From Alphaproteobacteria bacterium (lineage in GTDB: Bacteria; Pseudomonadota; Alphaproteobacteria; RF32; CAG-239): 64,000 bases of DNA. The notes under the pieces were generated by a model. It worked only from the letters and a program-made list of their open reading frames with translations. It was not told where the DNA came from and searched no databases. The stretch is from contig JAWXUC010000001.1 in NCBI GenBank assembly GCA_044432975.1, forward strand, positions 212,604 through 276,603, given 5' to 3'. The translations under genes and the position numbers were made by a program. Each line of letters opens with the position of its first letter. The stretch's first letter is position 1. This document shows, piece after piece, positions 22,409 to 35,152 of the stretch.

Positions 22409-22519
22409 TGTTTTTACAATTTCTAAGAGGCATAATACACAGGAAAAAAAAATAATCAAGATAATTCTTGAGATTTTTTTATTTTTATATAAGATAAAAT
22501 AAACAATGGAGAAAAAAAC

Positions 22520-23728
22520 GTGAAAAAATTAAGCATTTGCCTTGTGTTGCTAGCTCTTATAGGGTGTACACGAACTATGGATAAAATCAACGACGGAGCA
22601 AGTTCTGCTCAACAAGCAGCCGCATATTATGCTAGCGGAGACGTTATTGCGGCACAAATAAGAGCCGAAGATGCTTTAAGACAAAATTCCAGCCAAGTAT
22701 TAGCTCTTTTAGTTTCTGGCTTATGCGCAGAAGCAAGCCACAACCCAAACCAAGCAAAAGCTTTTTATGAACGTTTAGTTTTATTAAATCCTGATGACTT
22801 AACATTGTTAACAAAAACAGACTTAATTCCCATTAAAATGGTAGATTTGGCAAAAAAACGTATCAGGGCCTTAAACATTCAAAATTCTGAAATAATTATT
22901 CAAGATTATGATGGCAACACAACTTTTAACATAAAAGAAGATATTGCCAACAAACAAAACAGATCTGCTCTTGAAGAAGCCTTATTCTTAAAACAACAAA
23001 ATGACATAAGAAACAGCAAAAACACTGGCAATCAAAACAATAAAGCTGTAGAAATTCTTTTTTCAAATGAAGAAACAAATAAAATATCAAGATTCTTAAT
23101 CTTAAAAGAATTAGCTGAAAATGACTTAATTACTAAAGATGAATTTTTAACAGCCAGAACAAACAACCTTGGCGCATTATTGCCATTGACCAACAGAGCC
23201 CCTGCTTATGGCTTGGATAAACCTGTTCCTTCTGCAGACATTATTGTAGAAAGAATAACCATCTTAAAAGAAGGTGTTAAAGACAAAAGTATCACCTCTC
23301 AAGAATTCTCGGCAGAAAGAGATACTATTATAAAATCTTTATTACCACCAAACCCAAGAACAAGAGCTCAAAAAGAAAAACCTGAAAAAGATATTTTAAC
23401 TGCTGCTAAAAATTTAAGAAAATTAGAAGTTTTATTTGACTTAAATTTAATAACAAAAAAAGAAAAAGAAGCTGAAATAAAAGAAATTGAAAACTATTTA
23501 GGCTTAAATCAAGAACCAAAAATTGTTGAAAAAATAATTCACGTTCCAGCTCCTCAGCCAAAAACAAAGACAAAAGAAAAACAAAAAAATAAAGAAACTA
23601 AAAAAGAGATAGAACCACCTAAAGCTCCAACAGCAACACCAACAATAAGTGTTAGAGAAATTGAAGAAATATTAAAAAACAACAAAAGCTCTACTACACC
23701 AGATGTTCCAACCCCTGACCTTTTTTAA
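22520..23728 (+). CDS. Lipoprotein with an N-terminal TPR-like region, repeated SHOCT-like motifs and a Pro/Lys-rich tail
   Basis: It has a lipobox LIGCT and repeats of (D/E)EF(L/S)(T/A)(A/E)R...LLP. Confidence 0.5.
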   Translation: MKKLSICLVLLALIGCTRTMDKINDGASSAQQAAAYYASGDVIAAQIRAEDALRQNSSQVLALLVSGLCAEASHNPNQAKAFYERLVLLNPDDLTLLTKTDLIPIKMVDLAKKRIRALNIQNSEIIIQDYDGNTTFNIKEDIANKQNRSALEEALFLKQQNDIRNSKNTGNQNNKAVEILFSNEETNKISRFLILKELAENDLITKDEFLTARTNNLGALLPLTNRAPAYGLDKPVPSADIIVERITILKEGVKDKSITSQEFSAERDTIIKSLLPPNPRTRAQKEKPEKDILTAAKNLRKLEVLFDLNLITKKEKEAEIKEIENYLGLNQEPKIVEKIIHVPAPQPKTKTKEKQKNKETKKEIEPPKAPTATPTISVREIEEILKNNKSSTTPDVPTPDLF

Positions 23729-23730
23729 AA

Positions 23731-23770
23731 ATAAAAACCCCGTCTTATCAATCAATGATAAACGGGGTTT
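23731..23770. terminator. Bidirectional intrinsic terminator
   Basis: The hairpin AAAACCCCGTCTTATCAATCAATGATAAACGGGGTTTT is flanked by A/T runs between convergent genes. Confidence 0.55.
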
Positions 23771-23785
23771 TTACATACAAAGGAC

Positions 23786-24043
23786 TTAAAGCTTAAAACG
23801 TTTATCTTGTTGTTCTGCTACTTGCCAAGACTTTTTAATAAAATCCAAAGCTTCTTTAGAATGATTTAAATCTCTCAACAATTCAATACGAATATCGTTG
23901 GACGGCTGCTCAAGTGGAACTTCAATCTCTCTAGATGTAAAATTCTCTCCCTGAAAACAACCTTTAATATAAATGCGTTTTCCCTTACAGAGCAACAAAG
24001 CTTTTCCGTTTGCCAATCTCTTTGTCTCAATTACTTTTGCCAT
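23786..24043 (-). CDS. Small hypothetical protein
   Basis: An 85-aa ORF between terminators. No family was recognised. Confidence 0.3.
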   Translation of the reverse strand: MAKVIETKRLANGKALLLCKGKRIYIKGCFQGENFTSREIEVPLEQPSNDIRIELLRDLNHSKEALDFIKKSWQVAEQQDKRFKL

Positions 24044-24134
24044 AATTCAAAATATTAGTTAAAAAATGTGTTTAATTTGTAAATAAATATGTTTTCACAT
24101 AAAAAAATAGTCTTTTTTTAGACAAAGTCAATAA

Positions 24135-25271
24135 TTAAAAAAATTTTTTCACTTTAATTAGGGCTTCAACAAACAAATCAACATCTTTTTTAGTTGTATA
24201 AACCCCAACAGAAGCCCTAGCTAAAGAATTATAGCCAAGAGAATTCACCAAAGGTTGAGCACAATGATGCCCGATTCTAACACAAACATTATACTTATTT
24301 AACATAAAAGCGACATCAGAAGCATGAATACCACACAAGTCAAAACAAAAGACTCCATTATCACCAAACAATTTCAAACCATCTATCTCAAGCAATTTTA
24401 CTTTTAAATAATCACTTATTTCTTTTTCTTTTTCAAAATTAATTGTTTGCATAAACTCTATTGCAGATTTTAATCCAATAACTTCTACAATAGCAGGAGT
24501 CCCTGCCTCAAACCTCACAGGCGCTTTCTTAAAAGTAGAAGTTTCATAAGAAACATTTTCTACCATATCTCCACCATATTGATAAGGAGACAACTGATTT
24601 AACAAATCTTCTCTGCCATACAAAACCCCAACACCTGTCGGACCATAAATTTTATGCCCAGAAAAAACAATAAAATCCACATCAAACTCTTGAACGTCTA
24701 CTTTATGATGCACAATATATTGGCAAACGTCCAAAACAACTTTTGCACCATTATCATGTGCAATTTTTATAATTTTTTTTATCTCTGGAACATAACCCAA
24801 AACATTAGACATTGCAGTTATTGCCACAATTTTTGTTTTATCAGAAATTAAATCTTCAATATTATTTTCATCAAATATTTTAATATCAAACTGTTGCCAA
24901 GGAACAAGATTTGCGTGATGTTCATATTTAGAAACCAAAACCTCATCATCTTTATTTAACCCCAAACAAGATGCCAAAAGATTTACCCCTTCTGTTGCAT
25001 TACGAGTAAAAATTATTTCTTTATCAGATTTCGCATTAATAAATTTTTGCGCAGATTTTCTAGCTTCTTCAAACTCTGTAGTAATTTGAGACGCCCATTC
25101 ATAGCCTCCACGATGCACATTAGCATAATGATTACTCATAGCATCAACCACAGCATCAATCACACATTGAGGCTTTAACGCAGAAGCTGCAGTGTCAAAA
25201 AACACAACATTTGTATTTTGCAATTGCGGAAATTGTTTTCTAATATCATTCATAATCAAGATATTATTCAT
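24135..25271 (-). CDS. Cysteine desulfurase / class V aminotransferase (SufS/CsdA-like)
   Basis: It has the PLP-lysine region FDVDFIVFSGHKIYGPTGVGVLYG and the conserved C-terminal Cys (RIGHHCAQP). Confidence 0.85.
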   Translation of the reverse strand: MNNILIMNDIRKQFPQLQNTNVVFFDTAASALKPQCVIDAVVDAMSNHYANVHRGGYEWASQITTEFEEARKSAQKFINAKSDKEIIFTRNATEGVNLLASCLGLNKDDEVLVSKYEHHANLVPWQQFDIKIFDENNIEDLISDKTKIVAITAMSNVLGYVPEIKKIIKIAHDNGAKVVLDVCQYIVHHKVDVQEFDVDFIVFSGHKIYGPTGVGVLYGREDLLNQLSPYQYGGDMVENVSYETSTFKKAPVRFEAGTPAIVEVIGLKSAIEFMQTINFEKEKEISDYLKVKLLEIDGLKLFGDNGVFCFDLCGIHASDVAFMLNKYNVCVRIGHHCAQPLVNSLGYNSLARASVGVYTTKKDVDLFVEALIKVKKFF

Positions 25272-25362
25272 AATATATAAAAATGCAAGATAAATATATT
25301 ATCACAGCTACCGATAAAAATTTAAGATGAAATATCTCCAACCTAAAAAAACAATCACATGC

Positions 25363-25442
25363 CATTGCGAGCGAAGCGCGGCAATACAATCTAACAATAA
25401 AACTAATTACTTTAACTAGATTGCAGCGCTTCACTCGCAATG
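25363..25442. repeat. GC-rich imperfect inverted repeat (23-bp arms, 34-nt spacer)
   Basis: CATTGCGAGCGAAGCGCGGCAAT pairs with the reverse complement of ATTGCAGCGCTTCACTCGCAATG. The region is ~60% GC within ~30% GC surroundings. Confidence 0.5.
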
Positions 25443-25459
25443 ACAATGAAATAAAACTA

Positions 25460-25852
25460 TTATTGTTTTTCAGACATACTCTTTAATATTTCAACAAATT
25501 TATTTGCAACTCTTGAGGATTCTATCTTCTTAAAAAAATACACTAGTTTCATAACTTGAGGTTCTTTCATAACATCTTCACATAAAGGATTAATTGGCGG
25601 AAAAATATCACTTATTTCAATCCCCAAAATAGATGCAACATCATATAAACGAGCAGGAGAGATTCTATTAGCCCCACGCTCATATTTTTGTATCTGTTGA
25701 AAAGAAACGCCCAAAAAATCGCCTACATCTGTTTGACTCATTTTTAACATTTCACGCCTCATGCGCAACTGTTCTCCAACATATCTATCAATATCATTAG
25801 AACTACCATCGATATTGCGCCCACGCTCTAACTGTCTTTTTGTTGCTATCAT
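25460..25852 (-). CDS. XRE-family helix-turn-helix transcriptional regulator
   Basis: The HTH reads MSQTDVGDFLGVSFQQIQKYERGANRISPARLYDVASILGIEISDIF. The start is at MIATKRQ (25852), which is preceded by AAAGGGG. Confidence 0.7.
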   Translation of the reverse strand: MIATKRQLERGRNIDGSSNDIDRYVGEQLRMRREMLKMSQTDVGDFLGVSFQQIQKYERGANRISPARLYDVASILGIEISDIFPPINPLCEDVMKEPQVMKLVYFFKKIESSRVANKFVEILKSMSEKQ

Positions 25853-26158
25853 TTCAACCCCTTTAATAAAGAAAAACCACTGAAAATTATCAGTGGTGGA
25901 GCTAAGAAACTGCAACAAGTCAGCCGCCCTTATTCAAACAAACGCCCTATTCGGGCACTCCACCTATCGGTGAAGTTTCTTGTTGCAAATGGATTTCTTA
26001 GGTCCAACAATGCCCCTTGGCATTGCAACTATTAATATAGTTGATATTTCACTATTGTAAAGATATTTTTGTAGTAACGAAATTAAAAAACAGTCATCGC
26101 GCCTTAAAATATAATTTTAAGGCTAAGCGATCTTCTTATTTTAGAGTATCTGTGAATA

Positions 26159-26183
26159 AAAAAGGAGACTTTCGTCTCCCTTA
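26159..26183 (-). terminator. Intrinsic terminator of rpoD
   Basis: The minus-strand hairpin AAGGGAGACGAAAGTCTCCTT plus a T-run lies 4 nt after the rpoD stop. Confidence 0.55.
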
Positions 26184-26186
26184 AAA

Positions 26187-28259
26187 TTATTGATCCAAAA
26201 AGCTACGCAACTTTCTTGACCTTGAAGGATGCTTCAACTTACGCAAAGCTTTTGCTTCAATTTGTCTGATACGTTCACGAGTAACGTTAAATTGTTGACC
26301 AACTTCTTCTAATGTATGATCTGTATTCATACCAATACCAAAACGCATTCTCAACACACGTTCTTCACGAGGAGTTAAAGAAGAAAGAATCTTAGTACAA
26401 GTATCTTTTAAATTTACATGAATAGCAGAATCTAAAGGTTGCAATGCATTTTCATCTGCAATAAAATCGCCCAAAGAACTATCATCTTCATCACCAACAG
26501 GAGATTCTAAAGAAACAGGCTCTTTTGCAATCTTAAGCACTTTACGCACTTTTTCTAAAGGCATAGAAAGTCTTGTTGCCAACTCTTCTGGCACAGGCTC
26601 ACGACCTGTTTCTGCCAACATTTGACGAGAAGTTCTAACCAATTTATTAATAGTCTCAATCATGTGAACAGGAATTCTGATTGTGCGAGCTTGGTCCGCA
26701 ATAGAACGAGTAATCGCTTGCCTAATCCACCATGTCGCATAAGTAGAAAATTTATAACCACGACGATATTCAAACTTATCAACGGCTTTCATCAAACCAA
26801 TATTACCTTCTTGAATAAGGTCTAAGAATTGCAAACCACGATTTGTATATTTTTTAGCAATAGAAATCACAAGTCTTAAGTTTGCTTCAATCATTTCTTT
26901 TTTAGCACGTTCTGCTTCACGTTCACCTTTTTTGATTGTATCAACCATTTTTCTATATTCAGAAATAGGCAAACCACATTCTTGAGCCATTTGTGCCACA
27001 GATTCTCTTAATTCTGCAATTTCAAGACCATATTTTTCAACAAACAACTTCCAGTGCTTATCTTTCTTTTTAGAAATATTTTCAATCCAATTAGGATCAA
27101 GCTCAGAGGTTTGATATTCTGTTAAAAAGTCTTCCCTTTTAATTTTGCAAGAAACTGCATAACGCAACAACTTACCTTCTAAGCCCATAAGACGTTTATT
27201 AATAGAATTTAATTGTTCAACAAGTTGTTGAATTCTAGACGCGTTCAAGTGAATAGAACTCATCAATTCTACAAGTTCTTTTTTAATAGAAATATATTTA
27301 GCTTCAACAGCAGCTGTAATTTTTTTACCTTTTAAGATTGCATCAACACGTTGACTTTGAATTTTTTTCAAATCATCATAATAACTAGATATACTTGTTA
27401 AAATTTCTAATACAGGCTCTCTTAAAGCTTCTTCCATAGATGCCATAGAAGCACTAACCCTAGCAGAAGAAGCATCTTCATCATCTTCGCTTTCACCTTC
27501 TCCACCTTCAGAAGTTTCATCATCTTCATCAACATCAGCTTCATCAGAAGATCCTTCTATTTCAATTTCTGTAGCAAGTTCATCATCAATATCGTCAAGA
27601 TTATCTTCTTTTGACAACTGCTCTGCAACTTTATCAAAATCTTCTTCATCCTCTTCATCTTCATCAAAAGACAAAGATTCAGGATCATCACCATACATCA
27701 TTTCAAGATCAATAACATCTCTCAGTTGCATGGTTTCATTAATAAGTTCATCTTTCCATAAAGAAATCGCTTTTAAGGTCATAGGACTTTCACACAAACC
27801 GTCAATCATAACTGTTTTACCAGCTTCAATACGTTTTGCTATAGCAATTTCACCTTCACGAGATAAAAGCTCAACGATTCCCATTTCTTTAAGATACATT
27901 CTAACAGGATCATCAGAACGTCCCATTTCTTTTTCATCAAAATTACCACTATCATCATCGTCTGAAGATTTATTATCTTTATGTTCTTCAGGATCAAAAG
28001 AATCTGCTTCCGATTCGGCAATAATAGAAATTCCCATATCAGAAATAGAAGACATAATATCTTCAATAAATTCACTGGTTTCACGTTCAGCAGGCAAAGC
28101 TTTATTAAGCTCTTCTATAGTGATATAACCATTAGCACTACCTTTTTCTATTAATCTTTTAACCGCTGAACCAAGAGAATCGAGAATAGGAGCATCAGAA
28201 GCGCTATCTTCTGAAAAGTCCTCGTTTTGAGAATCTGACATAAAAAATCCTTTTTGCAA
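26187..28259 (-). CDS. rpoD: RNA polymerase primary sigma factor sigma-70
   Basis: 690 aa with an acidic region 1.1 insertion, region 2.4 ([12 protein letters not shown]), the region 3 and 4 HTH, and the rpoD box. Confidence 0.95.
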   Translation of the reverse strand: MQKGFFMSDSQNEDFSEDSASDAPILDSLGSAVKRLIEKGSANGYITIEELNKALPAERETSEFIEDIMSSISDMGISIIAESEADSFDPEEHKDNKSSDDDDSGNFDEKEMGRSDDPVRMYLKEMGIVELLSREGEIAIAKRIEAGKTVMIDGLCESPMTLKAISLWKDELINETMQLRDVIDLEMMYGDDPESLSFDEDEEDEEDFDKVAEQLSKEDNLDDIDDELATEIEIEGSSDEADVDEDDETSEGGEGESEDDEDASSARVSASMASMEEALREPVLEILTSISSYYDDLKKIQSQRVDAILKGKKITAAVEAKYISIKKELVELMSSIHLNASRIQQLVEQLNSINKRLMGLEGKLLRYAVSCKIKREDFLTEYQTSELDPNWIENISKKKDKHWKLFVEKYGLEIAELRESVAQMAQECGLPISEYRKMVDTIKKGEREAERAKKEMIEANLRLVISIAKKYTNRGLQFLDLIQEGNIGLMKAVDKFEYRRGYKFSTYATWWIRQAITRSIADQARTIRIPVHMIETINKLVRTSRQMLAETGREPVPEELATRLSMPLEKVRKVLKIAKEPVSLESPVGDEDDSSLGDFIADENALQPLDSAIHVNLKDTCTKILSSLTPREERVLRMRFGIGMNTDHTLEEVGQQFNVTRERIRQIEAKALRKLKHPSRSRKLRSFLDQ

Positions 28260-28534
28260 ATAAAATTTAATTCATATATAAAAATATTATACAAATTTGT
28301 CAAGATTATAATATATAATTAGTTAATTTTTATTTAACACCACATAATCTGCCCCCTTGCAGGGGAAGTGCCCGATATGGCGATGGGGGGGTAAAACAAA
28401 GCATCCTTATTTTTTAAAAAGCGGGAGATGCCTAAGCCCATAAATTCTTTATGGGCGACATGACTTTATTGTAATTAGGCTAATATGGTATCATATTATT
28501 AACATTATGTAGAGAAAAATCGCATATCTTAAAT

Positions 28535-29428
28535 TTATTTTATGGTAGCATCAAGCGGATCAAAACGTATCAACATAGTCTTCCACATATCATATTGCTC
28601 TGCATAATTATTAGAAAATACCGCATAAGGTGCGCAAACATAAACCGCGCGCCTTGCACTATCAGCCACAGCCTTAAAAGCTCTATCTGAAGAATATCTT
28701 GATGTGTCTAAAATTTTTGCATCACTAACTGTACCATCCCTGTTTAAGAAAACCCTAACTTCAATAATCATATTTTGAACACCCTGAGCACCAGGATCTA
28801 AGTTCCAACACGCACGCAAACGACCAGCAATAGCATCAACTTCTGAAATTGAAAGATCTGAGAAATAAGAACCTTTAGAACCACCTTCAATTCCCATATT
28901 ATTCAATTTGCTAATATCTTTTATTTTTGCAACACCTGATTTATTTCCTGTCTCTTTTTCAAGTGCATCAACAGATGCAAGCAAACTTTTTAATGGATTT
29001 GCCAACTTTGCCTCTTCTTTTTTAGGCTCAACTTTAGGCTCAACTTTTTTCACTTTTGGTTTAGGCTTAGGAGCTTCTTTTTTAGGTTTAACTTTTGGAG
29101 TTTCAACCAATTTTGAATCTTCCTTTTTAGGTTCTGACTTTTTAGGTGCCTCTTTTTTTGGCTCAGGCTGCTTTTTAGGCTTTGGCGCTTCTTTCTTTTT
29201 TGTAGTTTCTACTTTTCTTTTTACTTTACTAGCTTCTTCATCTTTATTTGCTTTTTTTGCTTTAGGAGGAAGATTTGTCATTTTAGAAATTTTTAATTGT
29301 GATAAATCAACAATAATTGGCACTTGTGTAGGATCTGGCTTTTTACGCCACAAAGAAGCAAAATCCGATAATAAAAATATTAGGATAATAACATGCAACG
29401 CCAATGATTTATATACATTTTTTTTCAT
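28535..29428 (-). CDS. tonB: TonB-family energy transducer (N-terminal anchor, Lys/Pro-rich spacer, C-terminal TonB domain)
   Basis: The operon order is exbB-exbD-this gene. It has a KPEPKKEAPK-rich periplasmic spacer and a conserved C-terminal domain. Confidence 0.7.
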   Translation of the reverse strand: MKKNVYKSLALHVIILIFLLSDFASLWRKKPDPTQVPIIVDLSQLKISKMTNLPPKAKKANKDEEASKVKRKVETTKKKEAPKPKKQPEPKKEAPKKSEPKKEDSKLVETPKVKPKKEAPKPKPKVKKVEPKVEPKKEEAKLANPLKSLLASVDALEKETGNKSGVAKIKDISKLNNMGIEGGSKGSYFSDLSISEVDAIAGRLRACWNLDPGAQGVQNMIIEVRVFLNRDGTVSDAKILDTSRYSSDRAFKAVADSARRAVYVCAPYAVFSNNYAEQYDMWKTMLIRFDPLDATIK

Positions 29429-29850
29429 TTTTTAGGATCTGTCTTTAACCCAACTTTTAAGAAACCTGCATCTTTTAACAATGCCATTAAACCAATTACT
29501 CTACCATATTCTGTTGTATTATCACCAGAGATTACAATAGACACGTCTTTATTTGCTTCTCTAATAGCATTAAGTTTTGCAATAATTTTATCAGCTGGCA
29601 CTTCTGTTTTACCAATATAAAAAAGCCCGTCTTTATCAATAGAAATATTAATACTAGTATCATCTGTAGCCAACTCTTTTCCGCCAACTTTAGGAAGCTC
29701 TAACTTTATACCTGTTGTCATTAAAGGAGCTGCCACCATAAAAATAACCAACAAAACCATCATTACATCAATTAAAGATGTAATATTAATTTCTGATTTT
29801 ATTTTTTTCTTTCTTTTTAATTTTCTAATTGCCAAAAGACTTGTGTTCAT
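29425..29850 (-). CDS. exbD: ExbD/TolR biopolymer transport protein
   Basis: 141 aa with the motif INITSLIDVMMVLLVIFMV and a single TM helix. Confidence 0.85.
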   Translation of the reverse strand: MNTSLLAIRKLKRKKKIKSEINITSLIDVMMVLLVIFMVAAPLMTTGIKLELPKVGGKELATDDTSINISIDKDGLFYIGKTEVPADKIIAKLNAIREANKDVSIVISGDNTTEYGRVIGLMALLKDAGFLKVGLKTDPKK

Positions 29851-29852
29851 AA

Positions 29853-30611
29853 TTATTCTCCAGCCATTTCCGCTTTAATAGAGGTGTCATCAATTTCTCT
29901 TGATAAAATTGTAGAAAATTCAGACATAAAACCTTCTAGTTTTAAGGAATAACGTTCAATATCTGAAGAAATTTTATTATAAGCAATCAAAGCAGGAATA
30001 GCCGCCACAAGCCCAAAAGCCGTTGTAAACAGAGCCTCTGCAATACCAGGAGCCATTGCGCTTAAAGAGTTATTGTTGCTCATTCCAATTGCATTAAAAC
30101 TGTTAATAATACCCCAAACAGTACCAAACAAACCAACCAGTGGTGCAACAGAACCTGTTGATGCCAAAAATCCCATACGAGTTTCCAACTCATCAACCTC
30201 TTTATCCATACAAACCAACATAGCTTTCTCAATTCGTTGTTGCAAAGAAACACCTCTCAAACCTCTGTCTGTTTTTGACTTTAAGATATTTGTCCTTTTC
30301 CATTCTTTCATTGCCGCAACAAAAACTGCACTCATAGGATCTCTTGGTTTATTGCCAATAGATTCATAAAGTTTATCCAAAGAACCACCTGACCAAAACT
30401 TTTTCTCAAAACTTTTAGATAAAGATTTAACAGAACGCAAAGTTCCCAACTTCTCAATAATAATCGCCCAAGACCAAACAGAAGCAGCAATAAGCCCCAA
30501 CAAAGCAATCTTTGTAACAAAATCAGCACTCCAAATTAAATCAAAAAAAGAACCACCAGATGCATTTGCCACATCATTTAAAGTTTGCGTATCCATAAAA
30601 TCACCTCTCAA
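29853..30611 (-). CDS. exbB: MotA/TolQ/ExbB proton channel protein
   Basis: 252 aa with three TM helices and the conserved motif TSGSVAPLVGLFGTVWGI. Confidence 0.85.
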   Translation of the reverse strand: MRGDFMDTQTLNDVANASGGSFFDLIWSADFVTKIALLGLIAASVWSWAIIIEKLGTLRSVKSLSKSFEKKFWSGGSLDKLYESIGNKPRDPMSAVFVAAMKEWKRTNILKSKTDRGLRGVSLQQRIEKAMLVCMDKEVDELETRMGFLASTGSVAPLVGLFGTVWGIINSFNAIGMSNNNSLSAMAPGIAEALFTTAFGLVAAIPALIAYNKISSDIERYSLKLEGFMSEFSTILSREIDDTSIKAEMAGE

Positions 30612-30721
30612 ATATTTTTTTGCATTCTAACACAAATATATAAATATTTGATTAATTCAGATATGTAAACAAATATTTTAAGTTTTTAGACCATTTCACA
30701 AAACATAAAAAATAACGCATA

Positions 30722-30754
30722 ACGTTAAACGTTATGCGTTATTTTTAAATACTC
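30722..30754. repeat. Palindromic element, family 2 (perfect 33-bp palindrome with an ACGTTAAACGT core)
   Basis: The sequence AATAACGCATAACGTT-A-AACGTTATGCGTTATT lies between atpC and exbB and is related to the palindrome at 41945-41987. Confidence 0.55.
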
Positions 30755-30762
30755 CGCTTTAT

Positions 30763-31142
30763 TTATGCCATCAAATGAGATTTAACTACTTCATAAAAAG
30801 CTTTATCTTCATCATAACGAGCTTGCTCAATTTTAACTTCAACACTTTCAGTATTATACTTATCATAAGCAATAACTTTTTCAGATGACACTGCACAACG
30901 ATTTCTTGCCACATCAGCAATTCCGCCTTTTACAAACCAACGCTCAATAACATTATTTTTATCATCTAAAATTTCAATCAAACCATTTGTTAACGCAACC
31001 ATAATTGGAGCCCTATCTGGTAAAATTGTAATTTTTCCATTCAAAGCAGGCAAAACCACTTTTTGAGCATTCATAGTTTTTGATTGCTTGTATGGTCTTG
31101 AGATTCTAAAAAGAATGCTATCTTGTTTAGTTTGTTTAACCA

Positions 31143-31143
<1 letters not shown>
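30763..31143 (-). CDS. atpC: ATP synthase F1 epsilon subunit
   Basis: It is the last gene of the atpHAGDC operon and has the epsilon subunit size (126 aa). Confidence 0.8.
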
Positions 31144-32684
<1,541 letters not shown>

Positions 32685-32688
32685 CTAT

Positions 32689-33597
32689 TTATAGTGCCTC
32701 TGCACCAGCGATGATTTCTATTAATTCTGTTGTAATTGCATTTTGACGCAATCTATTATATTTTAATGTCAAACCAGACATCATATCTTTTGCATTATTT
32801 GTTGCATTATCCATAGATGTCATTCTTGCTCCATGTTCACAAGCTTGAGAATTTGCAATAACCTGAAACATTGTAGCCCTTAATAACAAAGGCATCATAT
32901 GAGTTAAAAGCTCCAACTTATTTGGTTCATATTCATAAAACGCACCACGAATAATTGTCATTGGTTCATTAACTTTATTATAAGGAAACTCTTCAATTTT
33001 AATTGGCAAAACCTGATGACAATAGTTTTCTCTATTCATCACAGATTTAAAGTTTGTAGCCACAACTTCACAAACATCTATTTCTTTATTCTTAAACATT
33101 TTTGTAATACGCTCTGCAAGGTCTACACCTTCATAATATTTAACCCCTTTATGAGCAATATCTTCAATACAATCAACAATCAAACTAGGATGTTTTCTTT
33201 TAATAATATCCTTACCTTTTTTACCAGCGCAAATTATTTGTACTTCTTTACCTTGTTCTAACAATTCTTCAGCACGAGCAATTGCTTGCTTTGCAACTAG
33301 TTGGTTAAAATTTCCACACAAACCTCTGTCTGAAGTAAACACCAAAAGCAAATAATTTAAAGGATTTGCTCTCATTGTCATAAGCTCAGGATAAACATAA
33401 GCAACATCATCTGTTTTCATCTGATGCAACAACCTATAAGCATTAGCTGCCAAATTATGATTATAGAACTCAGATTTATGCAACAACCCTTCTGCCTTAC
33501 GCAAACGAGACGCCGCCACCAACTTCATTGCAGAAGTAATCTTATGCGTTGACTTAACGCTTTCAATTCTGGTTCTAAGCTCTTTAAAACCCGCCAT
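32689..33597 (-). CDS. atpG: ATP synthase F1 gamma subunit
   Basis: 302 aa with conserved gamma N- and C-terminal helices (ITKAMKLVAASRLRKA ... ELIEIIAGAEAL). Confidence 0.9.
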   Translation of the reverse strand: MAGFKELRTRIESVKSTHKITSAMKLVAASRLRKAEGLLHKSEFYNHNLAANAYRLLHQMKTDDVAYVYPELMTMRANPLNYLLLVFTSDRGLCGNFNQLVAKQAIARAEELLEQGKEVQIICAGKKGKDIIKRKHPSLIVDCIEDIAHKGVKYYEGVDLAERITKMFKNKEIDVCEVVATNFKSVMNRENYCHQVLPIKIEEFPYNKVNEPMTIIRGAFYEYEPNKLELLTHMMPLLLRATMFQVIANSQACEHGARMTSMDNATNNAKDMMSGLTLKYNRLRQNAITTELIEIIAGAEAL

Positions 33598-33598
33598 A

Positions 33599-35152
33599 TT
33601 ATGCAGCCTTTTGTTGGTTGTTAATAAACTCTTCTACAAAGCTTTCATAAAAAGAGATTAAATCTTGTTCTATTTTTTCAGAAATTTTCTCTTCTTTTTT
33701 GATAGTTTCTAGAATTTTTTTATTTTTTACTTTAACTTTTTTCAAAGCTTGTTCTTCAAAATCTCTAATATCTGACAACTTAATTTTATCAAGATAACCT
33801 CTAACACCTGCAAAAATCACAAACACTTCTTCTTCCATTGGCATTGGTTGATATTGTGGTTGTTTCAAAACTTCTGTAAGTCTTGCACCACGAGCCAACA
33901 ATGCTTGAGTAGAAGCATCTAAATCTGATGCAAATTGAGAGAACGCTGCCATTTCACGATATTGCGCAAGGTCTAATTTAATCTTACCCGCCACTTGTTT
34001 CATTGCTTTTGTTTGCGCACTAGAACCCACACGAGACACAGACAAGCCAACATTAACCGCAGGTCTAATACCTTGATAAAACAATCCTGTCTCTAAGAAA
34101 ATTTGACCATCAGTAATAGAAATCACATTTGTTGGAATATAAGCAGAAACGTCTCCAGCTTGTGTTTCAACAATTGGCAAAGCAGTTAAAGAACCACTAC
34201 CCATTTCTGAGCTAAGTTTTGCCGCACGCTCAAGCAAACGAGAGTGTAAATAAAACACGTCGCCAGGATAAGCCTCACGTCCTGGTGGACGACGCAATAA
34301 TAAAGACATCTGACGATAAGCAGTTGCTTGTTTTGATAGATCATCATAAAAAATAACTGCATTCATTCCGTTGTCCATAAAATATTCACCCATAGCACAA
34401 CCAGAATATGGAGCCAAAAATTGCATTGGCGCAGGATCAGATGCTGTTGCTGCCACAACGATTGTATAATCAAGCGCGCCCGCATCTTTTAATGTTTTCA
34501 CCACTTGTGCAACAGTAGAACGTTTTTGCCCCACCGCAACATAAATACAAAAAAGCTTGTCTTTATCAGACTTTGCCAAGTCATTATAACGTTTTTGATT
34601 AATAATAGTGTCTAACACAATTGCTGTTTTACCAGTTTGTCTATCACCAATAATAAGCTCACGTTGTCCACGTCCAATAGGAATCAAACTATCCACAACT
34701 TTTAACCCTGTTGGCATTGATTCACTAACTGTTTCTCTAGCAATAATACCATGAGCTTTCACTTCAGCACGAGAGCTTTCTTTTGCTTTAATAGCTCCCA
34801 ATCCATCAATCGGATTACCCAATGCATCAACTACCCTACCTAAAAGTTCTTTTCCAACTGGCACTTCAACAATTTTTTTAGTACGTTTAACACTATCGCC
34901 TTCTTTAATGTTTTCATCAGATCCAAAAATAACCACACCAACATTGTCTTCTTCAAGGTTTTGAGCCATTCCCACAACACCAGAAGCAAATTCAACCAAT
35001 TCTCCAGATTCCACATTATCAAGACCATAAACACGAGCAATACCATCACCCACACTTAATACTTGACCAACTTCTTGGACATCTGTTTGTACCTTTGCTT
35101 TAGCAATTTTTTCTTTAATAATAGAAGAAATTTCACTAACTTTTAAGCTCAT
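33599..35152 (-). CDS. atpA: ATP synthase F1 alpha subunit
   Basis: It has the Walker A GDRQTGKT and conserved alpha-subunit motifs. Confidence 0.95.
   Translation of the reverse strand: MSLKVSEISSIIKEKIAKAKVQTDVQEVGQVLSVGDGIARVYGLDNVESGELVEFASGVVGMAQNLEEDNVGVVIFGSDENIKEGDSVKRTKKIVEVPVGKELLGRVVDALGNPIDGLGAIKAKESSRAEVKAHGIIARETVSESMPTGLKVVDSLIPIGRGQRELIIGDRQTGKTAIVLDTIINQKRYNDLAKSDKDKLFCIYVAVGQKRSTVAQVVKTLKDAGALDYTIVVAATASDPAPMQFLAPYSGCAMGEYFMDNGMNAVIFYDDLSKQATAYRQMSLLLRRPPGREAYPGDVFYLHSRLLERAAKLSSEMGSGSLTALPIVETQAGDVSAYIPTNVISITDGQIFLETGLFYQGIRPAVNVGLSVSRVGSSAQTKAMKQVAGKIKLDLAQYREMAAFSQFASDLDASTQALLARGARLTEVLKQPQYQPMPMEEEVFVIFAGVRGYLDKIKLSDIRDFEEQALKKVKVKNKKILETIKKEEKISEKIEQDLISFYESFVEEFINNQQKAA

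Noticed and set aside
20918-22459. The 513-aa ORF in the track for trigger factor, starting at 22459
   Set aside because: The N-terminal 59 codons run through the minus-strand tRNA-Leu gene (22324-22408) in a non-tRNA frame. The real tig start is the internal Met (MKIEDLSK) at 22282, so the extension is an ORF-calling artefact.
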